Assembly: GCF_006345805.1 (NCBI RefSeq)
Contig: NC_043010.1
Span: 19,840,001 to 19,904,000 of the forward strand
Source: Octopus sinensis
Lineage: Eukaryota
Length of the DNA: 64,000 nucleotides
Direction: 5' to 3'
The position numbers were made by a program, and so were the translations under genes. The notes under the pieces are model-generated. The model worked only from the letters and a program-made list of their open reading frames with translations, ran no database searches and had not been told where the DNA came from. Of the stretch, positions 63,318 through 64,000 are shown piece after piece. How positions within the stretch are numbered: position 1 is the stretch's first letter; every line of letters starts with the position of its first letter.

Positions 63318-64000
63318 CATCATCATCATTGTTTAATATCTGTTTTCCATGCTGGCATGGGTTGGATGGTTTGACCGGTGACTGGTAAGCCAGGAGGCTG
63401 CTCCAGGCTCCAATCTGATCTGGCAATGTTTATACAGCTGGATGCCCTTCCTAATGCCAACCACTCAGAGAGTGTAGTGGGTGCTTTTTACGTGCAAGCA
63501 GCACAGGAGCCAGTCAGGCGGCACTGGCATCGACCCCATTTGGATGGTGCTTTTTACGTGCTACCAGCACAGGAGCCAGTGGGTGTAGTGGGGCTGGCAT
63601 CGACTACATTTGGATGGTGCTCTTTACATACCACCGGCATGGGGAGCCAGTCAGGCGGTACTGGCAACAACCCATGCACGAATAGTGCTTATTGCGTGCC
63701 ACCAGCATAAGAGCCAGTCAGATGGCACAGGTATCGGTCACAACTACAATTTCCATTTTTGATTGTGATTTTACTTCACTCAATAGGTCTTCTCAAGTGC
63801 AGCGTATCACCTGATGATTCAAGGCTACTTTTAAATGGGTTGGTTATGTGACACCGGGATAAGCTACGGCTGTGATCTCACTTTACTTGCTGGGTGTTCT
63901 CAATCACAGCATATCTCCAGAGGTCTCAGTCTCATGTCATTGCCACTGTAGGCCCAATGTTTGAAGGTCATGCTTCACCACCTCATCCCATATATTCCTG
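63317..64000 (-). mobile_element. RTE 3' end with a tandem subunit array
   Basis: (CAT)n, then GTTTTCCATGCTGGCATGGGTTGG, repeated GGTGCTTTTTACGTG..ACCAGCAC..GAGCCAGTC units, then RTE ORF-end sequence. Confidence 0.85.

Overview
AT-rich, microsatellite-dense eukaryotic DNA. The SINE/RTE repertoire looks like a coleoid cephalopod, probably Octopus (inferred, not proven). There is one host gene: the 5' part of an attractin (ATRN/ATRNL1-like) gene on the minus strand. Five exons splice in frame with GT-AG sites: 46282-46026, 4861-4655, 3037-2912, 841-669 and 277-118. They encode signal peptide-EGF-CUB-EGF-EGF-Kelch, with a 41,164-bp first intron, and the gene continues beyond base 1. Almost everything else is transposon-derived: two tRNA-type SINE families, RTE, CR1 and Tx1-like LINE remnants, mariner/Tc1/maT elements, a full-length Charlie/Buster-type hAT with a perfect TSD, several MITEs (hAT, piggyBac-like, Merlin-like), a Helitron and a HINE-like element. 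The most notable unexplained signal is about ten minimal type-I hammerhead-ribozyme-like cores (CUGAUGA...GAAA...UH), several of them in long palindromic elements set in microsatellites. This pattern suggests non-autonomous Penelope-like or retrozyme-like elements. Most cores are mutated and none has been tested. Repeat boundaries were read by eye and are approximate unless a TIR or TSD is quoted.
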